A stretch of DNA of 64,000 bases from a bacterium (lineage in GTDB: Bacteria; RBG-13-61-14; DATKZS01): contig CAXXFL010000006.1 in NCBI GenBank assembly GCA_963674965.2, forward strand, positions 64,001 to 128,000. The letters run 5' to 3'. Below the pieces are notes generated by a model, which made no database searches, was not told the DNA's origin, and was given only the letters and a program-made list of their open reading frames with translations. Made by a program: the position numbers and the translations under genes. Shown here in pieces: positions 47,643 through 56,844 of this stretch (positions within the stretch are counted from its first letter, which is position 1; every line of letters begins with the position of its first letter).

Positions 47643-49214
47643 ATGGAAGAAAAACTTGGAGTGATGGCCAGGGCGGTTATGGACGCCTACGCTTCCGGTG
47701 AGGAAGACGAACAACTGCTTCCTCGGGTGCTGGTGAACGGCGATGGCAAAGCCGTAGGCAAGATAAAGGACGGCGACCCCGTGATATTTTACGATATCAG
47801 GGGCGAGCGCGAGATCGAGCTTACGCTCGCGTTTACCGATCCCGGTTTCCGCCATTTCGAGACTCGGGGCAAGACGGCCCGCTTCACGACCATGATCGAG
47901 TATCACTCGACGCTCGAGGCGGACGTGGCCTTTCCCCCCCTGGTGGCGCTCGAGGGCTCGCTTTGCGGGGCCGTCTCCGATGCGGGTATAAAGATGGTCA
48001 AGATAGTCGAAAGCGAGAAGGCCATCCACCTTTCCTACTTCCTTAACGGCAAGAGGGAGGAACCATTTCCAGGCGAGCGTCGCGTGACCATCGAGAGCGA
48101 CAAGACCGTGTCCAATTACGACGAGAAGCCCGAGATGAACGCGTCCGACGTGGCCGACGCCGTGATCGAGGAGATAGGCGGCGACTCCGACTTTATAGTG
48201 GTTAATTTCGCCAACGTGGACGTGGTGGCTCACATCGAGGACGAGAAGGCGGTAAAGGCCGCCGTCGAGGCCGCCGACCGGGAGCTTGGCCGCGTGATCG
48301 AGGCAGCTCGGCGGGCGGGAGTGACGGCGGTGGTGACGGCCGACCACGGCACGGCCGAGAAATGGTATTACCCGGACGGGACCATCGACACGGGCCATAC
48401 CGATTCTCCCGTTCCCTTCGTGATCGTGGACGAGGGGATGCGAGGCAAGAGACTTATCGGAGGCCAGTCCCTTACCGACGTGGCCCCTACCCTGCTTACC
48501 CTCATGGGCGTGAAGGTCCCGGAGCAAATGACCGGGAAGTCCATGGTGGGTCCGGACGACTTCGGAAGACGCGGCCGCCTCGTCTTCATCATCATGGACG
48601 GCTGGGGACACAATGAGGACGACTTCGGCAACGTCATCAAGAAAGCGAACACTCCGGTCATGGACGGTCTCGTGGCCGCGTACCCCTTCACCACCCTCGC
48701 CGCCAGCGGGGAGGCCGTGGGCATGCCCCAGGGCAAGGTGGGAAACTCCGAGAGCGGGCACCTTCACATCGGCGCCGGCCGCGTGATCCAGTCGGACCGG
48801 ATCATGATCGACGAGGCCATCTCGAGCGGGTCTTTCGCTAAAAACGAGGCCTTCCTGCGGGCCATGAAAACGGCGCGGGACGAGGGAAGGCCCCTTCATC
48901 TTCTGGGCATTGTCAGCTTCTACTCCAGCCACGGCTCGGTCAAGCATCTTTACGAGCTCCTCAAGATGGCCAAGGACGCGGGAGTAAAGGAGGTATACCA
49001 TCACGCTCTTCTGGGCCGGAGAGGAGAGAGGCCCGAGGCCGGGGCCAGGTACATTGACGACGTGGAAAAGTTTTGCGAGGAGTTGGGGCTCGGCCGCGTG
49101 GTAACGGTAATGGGCCGCTTCTGGGCGCTCGACCGTGAGGAAAACTGGGACCGGGTCGAGAAAGCCTATCGAGCCATGGTCGACGGCGTGGGCGTCGAGG
49201 TGGCGGACCGATGA
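47643..49214 (+). CDS. gpmI: 2,3-BPG-independent phosphoglycerate mutase homolog, circularly permuted
   Basis: Canonical C-half motifs (DGD.VIF, E.EK..H, PEMNA, N.ANVD..AH, TADHG, DVAPT.L, MTGKS) precede canonical N-half motifs (IMDGWG, ASG.AVG.P.G..GNSE.GH..IGAGR, GRF.A.DR...WDRV..AY). Confidence 0.85.
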   Translation: MEEKLGVMARAVMDAYASGEEDEQLLPRVLVNGDGKAVGKIKDGDPVIFYDIRGEREIELTLAFTDPGFRHFETRGKTARFTTMIEYHSTLEADVAFPPLVALEGSLCGAVSDAGIKMVKIVESEKAIHLSYFLNGKREEPFPGERRVTIESDKTVSNYDEKPEMNASDVADAVIEEIGGDSDFIVVNFANVDVVAHIEDEKAVKAAVEAADRELGRVIEAARRAGVTAVVTADHGTAEKWYYPDGTIDTGHTDSPVPFVIVDEGMRGKRLIGGQSLTDVAPTLLTLMGVKVPEQMTGKSMVGPDDFGRRGRLVFIIMDGWGHNEDDFGNVIKKANTPVMDGLVAAYPFTTLAASGEAVGMPQGKVGNSESGHLHIGAGRVIQSDRIMIDEAISSGSFAKNEAFLRAMKTARDEGRPLHLLGIVSFYSSHGSVKHLYELLKMAKDAGVKEVYHHALLGRRGERPEAGARYIDDVEKFCEELGLGRVVTVMGRFWALDREENWDRVEKAYRAMVDGVGVEVADR

Positions 49215-49231
49215 GACCGGCGCGAGGATAA

Positions 49232-50272
49232 ATGACCGAGGCAACGATAAGCGGAAAGGACCGGCTCTGGCCCACTCTCAAGCGGATACTTTTTCCCCAG
49301 TGGGTGAGGAACAGGCGGGTCAAGCACACGAAGGCGGGCTACGTTTTCGTTCTTCTCATGGTGGCGGTGGCGGGCGCTTCCTTCAACACGGGCAACAATC
49401 TTCTTTACATACTGCTCTCCGTCATGCTCTCGGGACTTTTCGCCTCCTTCTTGATATCGGAGTATATAATAATCTCGCTCGAAATCGAGAGGGACGCCCC
49501 CGAGGTCGTGACCGAGCGGACCCCTTTTCGCGTGACCTACTCGGTGAAAAACAAGAAAAAGGTCATGCCCACCATGGCCCTGGCCATCGAGGAAAAGCTG
49601 GGCACGCTGGATATTATGTCGCTCGTGTCCTTCGCCGGTCCCGGGACGGTGGTTAAGGCCAAGGCCCCGGCCATGACCGGCAAGAGGGGCCGGGTGAAGT
49701 TCGAGGACACCATAATAAGGACCACCGCCCCCTTCGGCTTTTTCGACAAGGCCAAGCGTGTGCCCCTTGGCGGCGAGGTGATATCTCTTCCCCGCACCGA
49801 CGAGGTGGCCGTGGACCTCGATGAAATCCAGGCCTCGGGGGAGGAAAGGCCGCGCTCGAAGCCGGGACAGGGCGACGAGCTTTTCGGGTTCCGTAGCTAC
49901 GTCAGGGGCGACCCGGTCAAGGACGTCCATTGGAAGACCTCGGCCCGCTCCGGAAAAATGATGGTCCGCCAGAGGGAGGCGGAGGAGGAAAGGAGACTTC
50001 GCCTGGTCCTGGCCGTGTCGGACTCGGGCCTGGACCCGTCCAGGGAGGAGGCGGTCAGGAAAGCGGCCTCATTGGCCTCCTCGGCCCTCGACCAGGGATG
50101 GCTGGTGAGGATTGAGCTTCCCGGAGGCAGAGGAGTGGACTTCGGAAGGGGGGGCGGACACCTCTACTCGATTTTAATGTTCCTGGCCCTGTTCGACGAC
50201 CCAAAGTCCCGAGAGGGGACCCAGCTTGCCCCCACTGACGTCGAAAGCGTGGCCATTGGAAACGCCGGATGA
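49232..50272 (+). CDS. DUF58 domain membrane protein
   Basis: A..NTGNNLLY, T.APFG.F, FR.Y..GDP.K..HWK.SAR. Confidence 0.88.
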   Translation: MTEATISGKDRLWPTLKRILFPQWVRNRRVKHTKAGYVFVLLMVAVAGASFNTGNNLLYILLSVMLSGLFASFLISEYIIISLEIERDAPEVVTERTPFRVTYSVKNKKKVMPTMALAIEEKLGTLDIMSLVSFAGPGTVVKAKAPAMTGKRGRVKFEDTIIRTTAPFGFFDKAKRVPLGGEVISLPRTDEVAVDLDEIQASGEERPRSKPGQGDELFGFRSYVRGDPVKDVHWKTSARSGKMMVRQREAEEERRLRLVLAVSDSGLDPSREEAVRKAASLASSALDQGWLVRIELPGGRGVDFGRGGGHLYSILMFLALFDDPKSREGTQLAPTDVESVAIGNAG

Positions 50273-50281
50273 AATGAGGTT

Positions 50282-50452
50282 TTACTTGCCCTCGATCTTG
50301 AGTTTGAACTCGGGATGTTCCTTTAAGTAATGGTCCCGGCAGTCGGGGCAGCAAAAATGATGGACGTAATCCGAGCCTTCCTCCGTTATGGCCACGGTCT
50401 GAGGAATCTCCTTTTTGCAAAGCTCGCATGAAATCTTCACTATGTCCGACAT
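50282..50452 (-). CDS. Small Cys-rich metal-binding protein (DUF3330/YHS-TRASH-like)
   Basis: MSDIVKISCELCKKEIP...EGSDYVHHFCCPDC; GAGG RBS. Confidence 0.75.
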   Translation of the reverse strand: MSDIVKISCELCKKEIPQTVAITEEGSDYVHHFCCPDCRDHYLKEHPEFKLKIEGK

Positions 50453-50726
50453 GATTTGTTTCCTCTCTGAAATGATAAGACGGCCGCAAAAGGTTTCGCT
50501 TAATGAAAAGAAGCCGTAAAAACCAGCGCCGTGTTTCAAGATAACAAATAGCGTAGTTTATGTCAAGATTATCGAGCATTTACCTTCTTATGCTTACGCG
50601 ATCGAGCCGATGATTCCATAATTGGCAAGGCCCGTCTCGAGCTTGGCGCCCATGACGAAAATTTCTATGCTATGATGGTTTGTAAGCCGCTTTCGCGGCG
50701 AATGTTCGAGGTCGGGGGCTGGCGAC

Positions 50727-51137
50727 ATGAAGAAGCGAAAAGACAAGAGAACCTCGCGTGATGGTTTTTCCATGCGCGTCAAGGTCTGGATCGAGGATCG
50801 AAACGGCGACATGGTCATGAGCATGGGACGGGTGGCCATGCTCGAGGCCATCGAGAGGACCGGCAGTCTCAACCGGGCGGCCCAGGAGATGAACATGAGT
50901 TATCGGGCCATCTGGCTCCGGCTGCGGAGCACCGAGGACCGCCTGGGTAAGAAGCTCATGGTTAGCACCACCGGCGGCAGCGAGGGTGGAGGCACCGAGT
51001 TGACCCCCCTTGCCCGGGCCATGATAATAAAGTTTCGAGAACTGAACTCGGATATCGCCGAAGCGGCCGACTCGCGCTTCATTGCCTATAGCGAAGAGTT
51101 TCTTGAAGACGACGACACGGAACCACCCCTGGAATAG
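50727..51137 (+). CDS. modE: ModE-like winged-helix regulator (N-terminal domain only)
   Basis: GR..MLEAI..TGSL..AA..M.MSYR.IW, GG..GGG..LT; upstream of modABC. Confidence 0.85.
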   Translation: MKKRKDKRTSRDGFSMRVKVWIEDRNGDMVMSMGRVAMLEAIERTGSLNRAAQEMNMSYRAIWLRLRSTEDRLGKKLMVSTTGGSEGGGTELTPLARAMIIKFRELNSDIAEAADSRFIAYSEEFLEDDDTEPPLE

Positions 51138-51260
51138 TCCCATCCCATAGTTCTCTTGATCCATTTCATCCTATGCGGCCTTTTGCGGTGATTCTGAACG
51201 CCTATCTGTCCGGATACTTAAAAGTGATGTATTTCATTAATAAAATTGACATTTCCGCTC

Positions 51261-51284
51261 CGTTATGTTAAACATGATACAACG
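51261..51284. promoter_or_regulatory. ModE box
   Basis: CGTTATGTT-AAACAT-GATACAACG fits CGTTATATA-N6-TATATAACG, upstream of modA. Confidence 0.7.
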
Positions 51285-51389
51285 GGCGCAAGATTGATGG
51301 ATTTACCCCATCCGCTCGCGACGCGCCGGAAAATAAAGCGTTTTCTAAATTTATGCTCATTTCTCGAATGGATACGGAGGTCTTCAGTT

Positions 51390-52184
51390 TTGCTTGGCCA
51401 TAAAGGGAAACATCGCTATTCTTTACCGCTTCTTACTTTCTTCGCGGCCATTTTGTTTTCAAGCCCGGCTTCATGGGCGGATGGCCCGGAGAAGCTGACG
51501 GTTTACGCCGCGGCTTCCACCACCAACGCCATGACCGAGGTGGCGAAGCTTTACGAGAAGAAAACCGGGACCCAGGTGGCCTTGTCCTTTGCCTCCTCCT
51601 CGACCCTGGCCAAGCAGATCGAGATGGGAGCGCCGGCCCAGGTTTATCTTTCGGCCAATCCCGAGTGGATGGATTATCTCGAACAAAAGGGACTGATCGA
51701 GCCCGGTGGCCGCGCCGACGTGCTGGGAAACCGCATCGCCCTCATCGCTCCCGCGGATAGCGCGATCGAGGAAGTCAAGATCGAAAAGGGATTCGACCTG
51801 GCCAAAATCCTCGGGGACGGCTACCTGGCCATGGGCGATCCCGACCACGTGCCCGCGGGCATGTACGGCAAGGCGGCCCTCCAGGGCCTTGGCGCCTGGG
51901 AGGCGGTCGAGAAGAAAGTCGCCCGGGCCAAGGACGTGCGGGCGGCCCTGGCTTTGGTGGAAAGGGGCGAGTCCCCTCTCGGCCTCGTTTATACCACCGA
52001 CGCGGCCATCTCGGAAAAGGTCAAGGTGGTGGGATTGTTTCCCGAGGACTCCCATCCACCCATCGTCTACCCCGTCGCCATCGTGAAGGGCGCCGACCTC
52101 AAGGCCTCCATGCCCTTTATTGATTTCCTCAAGACGCCCGAGGCTTCGGCCTTGTTCACGAAATACGGCTTTATCGTCCGTTAA
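51390..52184 (+). CDS. modA: Molybdate ABC transporter substrate-binding protein
   Basis: AAAS, SFASSS.LA.QI..GAPA, P..VPAG.Y, VY.TDA; TTG start after GGAGG. Confidence 0.93.
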   Translation: MLGHKGKHRYSLPLLTFFAAILFSSPASWADGPEKLTVYAAASTTNAMTEVAKLYEKKTGTQVALSFASSSTLAKQIEMGAPAQVYLSANPEWMDYLEQKGLIEPGGRADVLGNRIALIAPADSAIEEVKIEKGFDLAKILGDGYLAMGDPDHVPAGMYGKAALQGLGAWEAVEKKVARAKDVRAALALVERGESPLGLVYTTDAAISEKVKVVGLFPEDSHPPIVYPVAIVKGADLKASMPFIDFLKTPEASALFTKYGFIVR

Positions 52185-52882
52185 TGGATTACCTTCGTTT
52201 CAGTCCCGCCGAGCTGGAGGCGCTGAGGCTCAGCTTCAAGGTCGCGAGCGTGGCCGTGATCTCCAGCCTCCCTTTCGGCGTCCTCTCGGCCTGGATAATT
52301 TCCCGGATGACCTTTCCCGGCAAGGCCGTGCTGAACGGGATCATCCACCTTCCCCTGGTCCTGCCGCCCGTGGTCACGGGATACGTTCTTCTGGTCCTCC
52401 TTGGCAGGAAGGGCGCCATCGGGGCGTTCCTGTACGATAAGCTCGGCCTGAGCTTCGCCTTCGACTGGAAAGGGGCAGCCCTGGCCGCGGCGGTCATGTC
52501 TTTTCCCCTCATGGTCCGATCGATACGGCTTTCCTTCGAGGCCCAGGACCGGGGACTTGAAAAGGCCGCCCGCACCCTGGGCGCGGGCCCGGTCAGGGTC
52601 TTCTTTACCGTCACCCTCCCCCTTATCACGCCGGGTATCATAACCGGCCTTATCCTTGCCTTCGCCCGGGGCCTGGGGGAGTTCGGGGCCACCATTACCC
52701 TGGTGTCCAACGTCGAGGGCGAAACCCGCACCCTGCCGCTGGCCCTGTATACTCTTATCCAGACCCCGGGAGGCGAGGACGGCGCCATGCGGCTGTGCCT
52801 GCTGGCGGTCATTCTTTCCATGGCCGCCCTGGCCGCGTCCGAGATCATCACCCATCGCTTCCTTTCCCGGATGGAGGGCTGA
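52184..52882 (+). CDS. modB: Molybdate ABC transporter permease
   Basis: LPLVLPPVVTGY, AARTLGA, FAR.LGEFGAT. Confidence 0.95.
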   Translation: MDYLRFSPAELEALRLSFKVASVAVISSLPFGVLSAWIISRMTFPGKAVLNGIIHLPLVLPPVVTGYVLLVLLGRKGAIGAFLYDKLGLSFAFDWKGAALAAAVMSFPLMVRSIRLSFEAQDRGLEKAARTLGAGPVRVFFTVTLPLITPGIITGLILAFARGLGEFGATITLVSNVEGETRTLPLALYTLIQTPGGEDGAMRLCLLAVILSMAALAASEIITHRFLSRMEG

Positions 52883-52885
52883 GCC

Positions 52886-53608
52886 GTGATCGAGGCCAGG
52901 TTAAAAAAGCGGCTCGGAAGCCTCGAGATCGACGCGTCCTTCTCGAGGCCCGGCCCGGGCGTCACGGCGCTCTTCGGCCGGTCGGGCGCGGGAAAAACCT
53001 CGATCGTCAACATGATCGCGGGCGTCCTCCGTCCCGACGCCGGCCGCGTTATCGTGAACGACAAGACCTTGTTCGACTCGGAGCGAAGGATCGACGTTCC
53101 TCCCGAGAAACGGAGAATAGGGTACGTGTTCCAGGACGGCCGCCTCTTCCCCCACGCGTCGGTCGAGAAAAACCTCACTTACGGCATGAAGCTGACGCCG
53201 GCCGGACTAAGGTACGTCGATCTTGGACAGATCGTCGCCCTCCTGGACCTGGGGCATCTCCTCGCCAGGAGGCCGGGCAAGCTCTCGGGCGGAGAGAAGC
53301 AAAGGGTCGCCATCGGCAGGGCCCTCCTCACCAGCCCCCGCCTGCTCCTGATGGACGAGCCACTCGCCTCGCTCGACGCGGCCCGCAAGGAGGAAGTCCT
53401 CCCCTTCATCGCCAGGATTTGCCGAGAGTTCGAAATTCCCATCATCTACGTCAGCCACATGATCGACGAGGTATCAAGACTCGCCGACAAGACCGTCGTC
53501 ATCCATAACGGCAAAGTGGATATTGAAGCCTCGCGCCGAATAGCCGGGAAAGACGGCCCGACGTCCGACTCCGATAAAACGGACGGGTCGCGTGAGAGGG
53601 TATGCTGA
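52886..53608 (+). CDS. modC: Molybdate ABC transporter ATP-binding protein (no TOBE domain)
   Basis: GRSGAGKT, GYVFQD.RLFPH, LSGGEKQRVAIGRALL, MDEPLA.LD. Confidence 0.93.
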   Translation: MIEARLKKRLGSLEIDASFSRPGPGVTALFGRSGAGKTSIVNMIAGVLRPDAGRVIVNDKTLFDSERRIDVPPEKRRIGYVFQDGRLFPHASVEKNLTYGMKLTPAGLRYVDLGQIVALLDLGHLLARRPGKLSGGEKQRVAIGRALLTSPRLLLMDEPLASLDAARKEEVLPFIARICREFEIPIIYVSHMIDEVSRLADKTVVIHNGKVDIEASRRIAGKDGPTSDSDKTDGSRERVC

Positions 53609-53725
53609 TAACCGACGTCGTCCAGCGTCACGAAACGGGCTTGATTGCGGCAAGGTGGGTCCCTCGCCCCAAAGCTCCACGGCGCCATTACCGGCATCCA
53701 TAAACGTGATAACCGCTTAAAGTAC

Positions 53726-54415
53726 TTATTGGAGGTTTTCCAGGTTCAACAGGTTTGGCTTGATGGCGGAACGGGACCAATGTTCCCCTACCGACTGAAT
53801 AAACGCGGGACGAACCAGTTTAGCCCTTTGTTCGAGCCACTTGTCCTTGTCGAATCGAAGATATATCCCCTCCGCGGGCTGATCTGACAGCTTTGATTGT
53901 TGTAAGAGATTTTTAAGCTCAGGGATATTAAAACGACCGCGCGCGATAGTGGGTACTCGAGAGATTCCCATTTTAATTAATAGGCCGTCGCGACGATCGG
54001 ATGAAAAGAACCTTCCAGATTGCTTGTCATAGATATCGAAACCAAGGAACCAGTCCGGCAGCCGATTGTAAAACACCGAGTGCCGGGCGTAACACCATTC
54101 TCCAAAGAGAATGAATCGGTCGGAAAGATGCTCGAAAAGCGCGTCCGTCCGGAGTTCGAGCCATTCCCCAAGCTTCTTCCATTGGCCCGAACCCGGCAGG
54201 CGCAAATACTCGCCTCTATTATACGCCAGAAGACTGGCTTCCGAATCGAAGGATATCCCCAAATTTGCGCCGTCAACCTTCTCCTCGACAATAAGATCGC
54301 GTCGGAGGAAATCATCGCGCTCGGACTCGGACAGTACCTTATCGCCCCTGATATCGACTCCAGCCAACGTGGCCAGATGAGGCGTTGACGGGTATTTTAC
54401 GAAATCCTCGTTCAT
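53726..54415 (-). CDS. ATP-dependent RNA ligase family protein (stand-alone nucleotidyltransferase domain)
   Basis: KYP.TPHL, EEKVDGAN (motif I), LFGEW, FDIYD, EGIYLR, RAKLVR. Confidence 0.88.
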   Translation of the reverse strand: MNEDFVKYPSTPHLATLAGVDIRGDKVLSESERDDFLRRDLIVEEKVDGANLGISFDSEASLLAYNRGEYLRLPGSGQWKKLGEWLELRTDALFEHLSDRFILFGEWCYARHSVFYNRLPDWFLGFDIYDKQSGRFFSSDRRDGLLIKMGISRVPTIARGRFNIPELKNLLQQSKLSDQPAEGIYLRFDKDKWLEQRAKLVRPAFIQSVGEHWSRSAIKPNLLNLENLQ

Positions 54416-54942
54416 GTCCCAATCTTCTTCTTAAATTTCTCTTCTGCATATTTAGGGCAGAGAAAATTAACGGTGATCCCTACTTGCTCTAAAGCGTCTT
54501 TCCATCCACACCATTTACTGTCCGTTGCCTGCAAGATGGGAGGTTTTTCATCGTGGGCGTTGGCAACGGCGACAAACTTCCGATCCGATATATCGAAATT
54601 AGCCAGTCCTTTATGGATTGGAAATTCCACGTATGAGTTTCCCCTTTTCGTGATGGTGACGCGATCGCAAACGCGAGAATCATAGCGATTGTCGTGCACC
54701 CATTTCAGGAAGCTGTCACCCACGCCGGGCTGTACACTCATGGAAAGCTGCCCTCGATATTCATCGAAAATTTCATCGCCGGCGTCAATTATCAATCCAC
54801 GCGTTTCAATGACGTGCTCGACGGCTTCAATACAGGAAAGGACGCAAGAGTAGGGAACGTCTGAGTCCGGGTCCGGTTGAGTGGCAAGGTTGGCCGTTTT
54901 TGGAACGTTCGTGTCCACGATACATTTCTTAGGCAATCTCAT
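54412..54942 (-). CDS. PIN-like domain protein (putative ribonuclease)
   Basis: N-terminal IVDTNV, central EIFDEY, C-terminal SDRKFVAVA and ATDSK: acidic spacing typical of PIN folds. Confidence 0.6.
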   Translation of the reverse strand: MRLPKKCIVDTNVPKTANLATQPDPDSDVPYSCVLSCIEAVEHVIETRGLIIDAGDEIFDEYRGQLSMSVQPGVGDSFLKWVHDNRYDSRVCDRVTITKRGNSYVEFPIHKGLANFDISDRKFVAVANAHDEKPPILQATDSKWCGWKDALEQVGITVNFLCPKYAEEKFKKKIGT

Positions 54943-56348
54943 TCGGATGCCTCCGCATTTTCCGAACTCGTCCGCATCCTCTTTTTCGTCGCCGCTTTAG
55001 CGTGTTCGATGACGTCGTTCATTTCATCACCGAAAAAGTTCTCCGGCCAGTTCAGGACGTTGCCGAACATGTCAATTTCAAGCGGTTCCAACGTGGCAGG
55101 GTATCTGGAAATATTGGCAAAATAAGCGGATACGTTTTCTTTTGAGACAGCCTCCTCGGCAATGCGCCTTTGCAAGCGCCTCAGAAAATGTTCCGAATGG
55201 GTCTCGATGATTAACTGTATGTTTCTATCCGCTCCTTTTACTCTTGAGTTAATAACGTCGATCATCACGTCGGCCAGCGCGGACTGCGCGCTTGGGTGTA
55301 GATGTATCTCGGGTTGTTCCATGAGAATGATCGACCCGGGCGGCGCGTAGAAGCACTGCACTAAAACCGGCAGCACCTGAGATATACCGAAACCGACGTC
55401 CGGCAGGTCAACCAAGTCTTCTGAACCCTTGGTGCGAACCTTGACCTCGTATTCCTGCCTTTGCTCGGAAATCGATTTTACTTCAAAGTCATCGATCAGA
55501 CCCATTTCTTTTAACTTGATAGCAATAATTTCTCCGAAAAGTTTTGCATGTTTTCCGAAACTATGGGTGAGTTTTCGACCACGCGCCGCGAGGATTGTGG
55601 CAACGGTATTCTCTCCCGCATAGCCGACGCTTTCGGGAGCGATGCCCGTCCATGAATACAAACGCTCGGCTTTTGTGCGAAGAGGCCCAAGATAGCAAAG
55701 GGACCCGAATAATTTTTCATGCCTCAAATTCAGTTCCTGAACAAAATCCGCGTTTTGATGGTAAGCAACAACTTCGTCAGGGAAACCATAAAACCGAACG
55801 GGAGCTTCCGGCATTAATGCTCGTCCTACCTTGCGTTTGAGCTTGTATTTGTCAGCGAAAACTTCGTACCCAGACTTTCTGTCCGATTTAAGTTTCATGC
55901 CAATGGAAAGTATGCGTTTATCTTTATTCATCAAATCATATTTGAGATTATCTAGCGCGAGAGTGTGCTGATCTTTAGCACTGGATCCTACTTCCGCATG
56001 AAAGATTAAATTGTCACCGGAATAGTTGCGATTATTATTGATACGGTCTTTGAATTCCAATGATTCCGGCAGTTCCCATTTATATTCGAAGATAATTTTT
56101 CTTTTCGGGTTCCGGTGAAAGACCATTTCCTGGTAGGATCCGAGCTGAACGGCGGAGTTTCTTCCGCCTGGATAGAAAACCGCTTTCCTGTCGGGGGACT
56201 CGACGGTCTGTTTCAGCATCATCAGGAACTGGCCGATACTCGATTTTCCCGAACTGTTGGCGCCGAAGAACAGGGTAATCGGAGCCATGCGGATTTCTCC
56301 GGTGTCCTCCCAGCCCTTGAAGTTTTGTATTCGCAATTTCTTAAGCAT
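54939..56348 (-). CDS. ABC/AAA_15-21-type ATPase with DUF3696-like C-terminus
   Basis: L.IQNFK, GANSSGKS, DVGFGISQVLP, EQPEIHLHP.AQ, IETHSEH, NWP.NFF. Confidence 0.9.
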   Translation of the reverse strand: MLKKLRIQNFKGWEDTGEIRMAPITLFFGANSSGKSSIGQFLMMLKQTVESPDRKAVFYPGGRNSAVQLGSYQEMVFHRNPKRKIIFEYKWELPESLEFKDRINNNRNYSGDNLIFHAEVGSSAKDQHTLALDNLKYDLMNKDKRILSIGMKLKSDRKSGYEVFADKYKLKRKVGRALMPEAPVRFYGFPDEVVAYHQNADFVQELNLRHEKLFGSLCYLGPLRTKAERLYSWTGIAPESVGYAGENTVATILAARGRKLTHSFGKHAKLFGEIIAIKLKEMGLIDDFEVKSISEQRQEYEVKVRTKGSEDLVDLPDVGFGISQVLPVLVQCFYAPPGSIILMEQPEIHLHPSAQSALADVMIDVINSRVKGADRNIQLIIETHSEHFLRRLQRRIAEEAVSKENVSAYFANISRYPATLEPLEIDMFGNVLNWPENFFGDEMNDVIEHAKAATKKRMRTSSENAEASE

Positions 56349-56770
56349 TTTCTTCTTCTCCCGTTATTATCAAGGCTGAACTGGTCCGCTCTTTCGAACA
56401 CCGAGCGCTTTCCCTTTCAAGAGCCGTGAAATTCCAAACGCCGCTTCATGTACCGTCCTCGCGACTCACGGATGATTACGGACTCCACTTTCTCCAGCTA
56501 AATAATATCACCTTGAAGTAACCTAATAAAGCGTACTCTTGTGATCAAGCTTTTCGTGAAATGATTGAGGCATTCGCATATGCAACTTCAAGTCGAGGCA
56601 TTCAATCGTCCCCAGACTTGGTAGTAAGAAGAGTCGCTCACATGATATTAAAGGCAATCTCTGAGGGGCGCCCTTGGGACGGGCCGACCCACCACATTGC
56701 CGTTCATCGGTACAGGCAAGGAGCATGGAAATGATTCATGATGGTCGCGCCGGGTATACGTGGCACGTGG

Positions 56771-56810
56771 AAAGGGACGCCCGCGGTTCCGAAAAAAACC
56801 GCGGGCGCCC
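56771..56810 (-). terminator. Probable terminator of the alcohol dehydrogenase operon
   Basis: GGG(A)CGCCCGCGGTT/AACCGCGGGCGCCC stem. Confidence 0.6.
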
Positions 56811-56844
56811 GGGGTTGTACGCGTTTTAGTCCCGGTCTCTTTGA

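Noticed and set aside
52886-53608. modC truncated by the downstream island
   Set aside because: The ATPase core is complete and TOBE-less ModC proteins are common.
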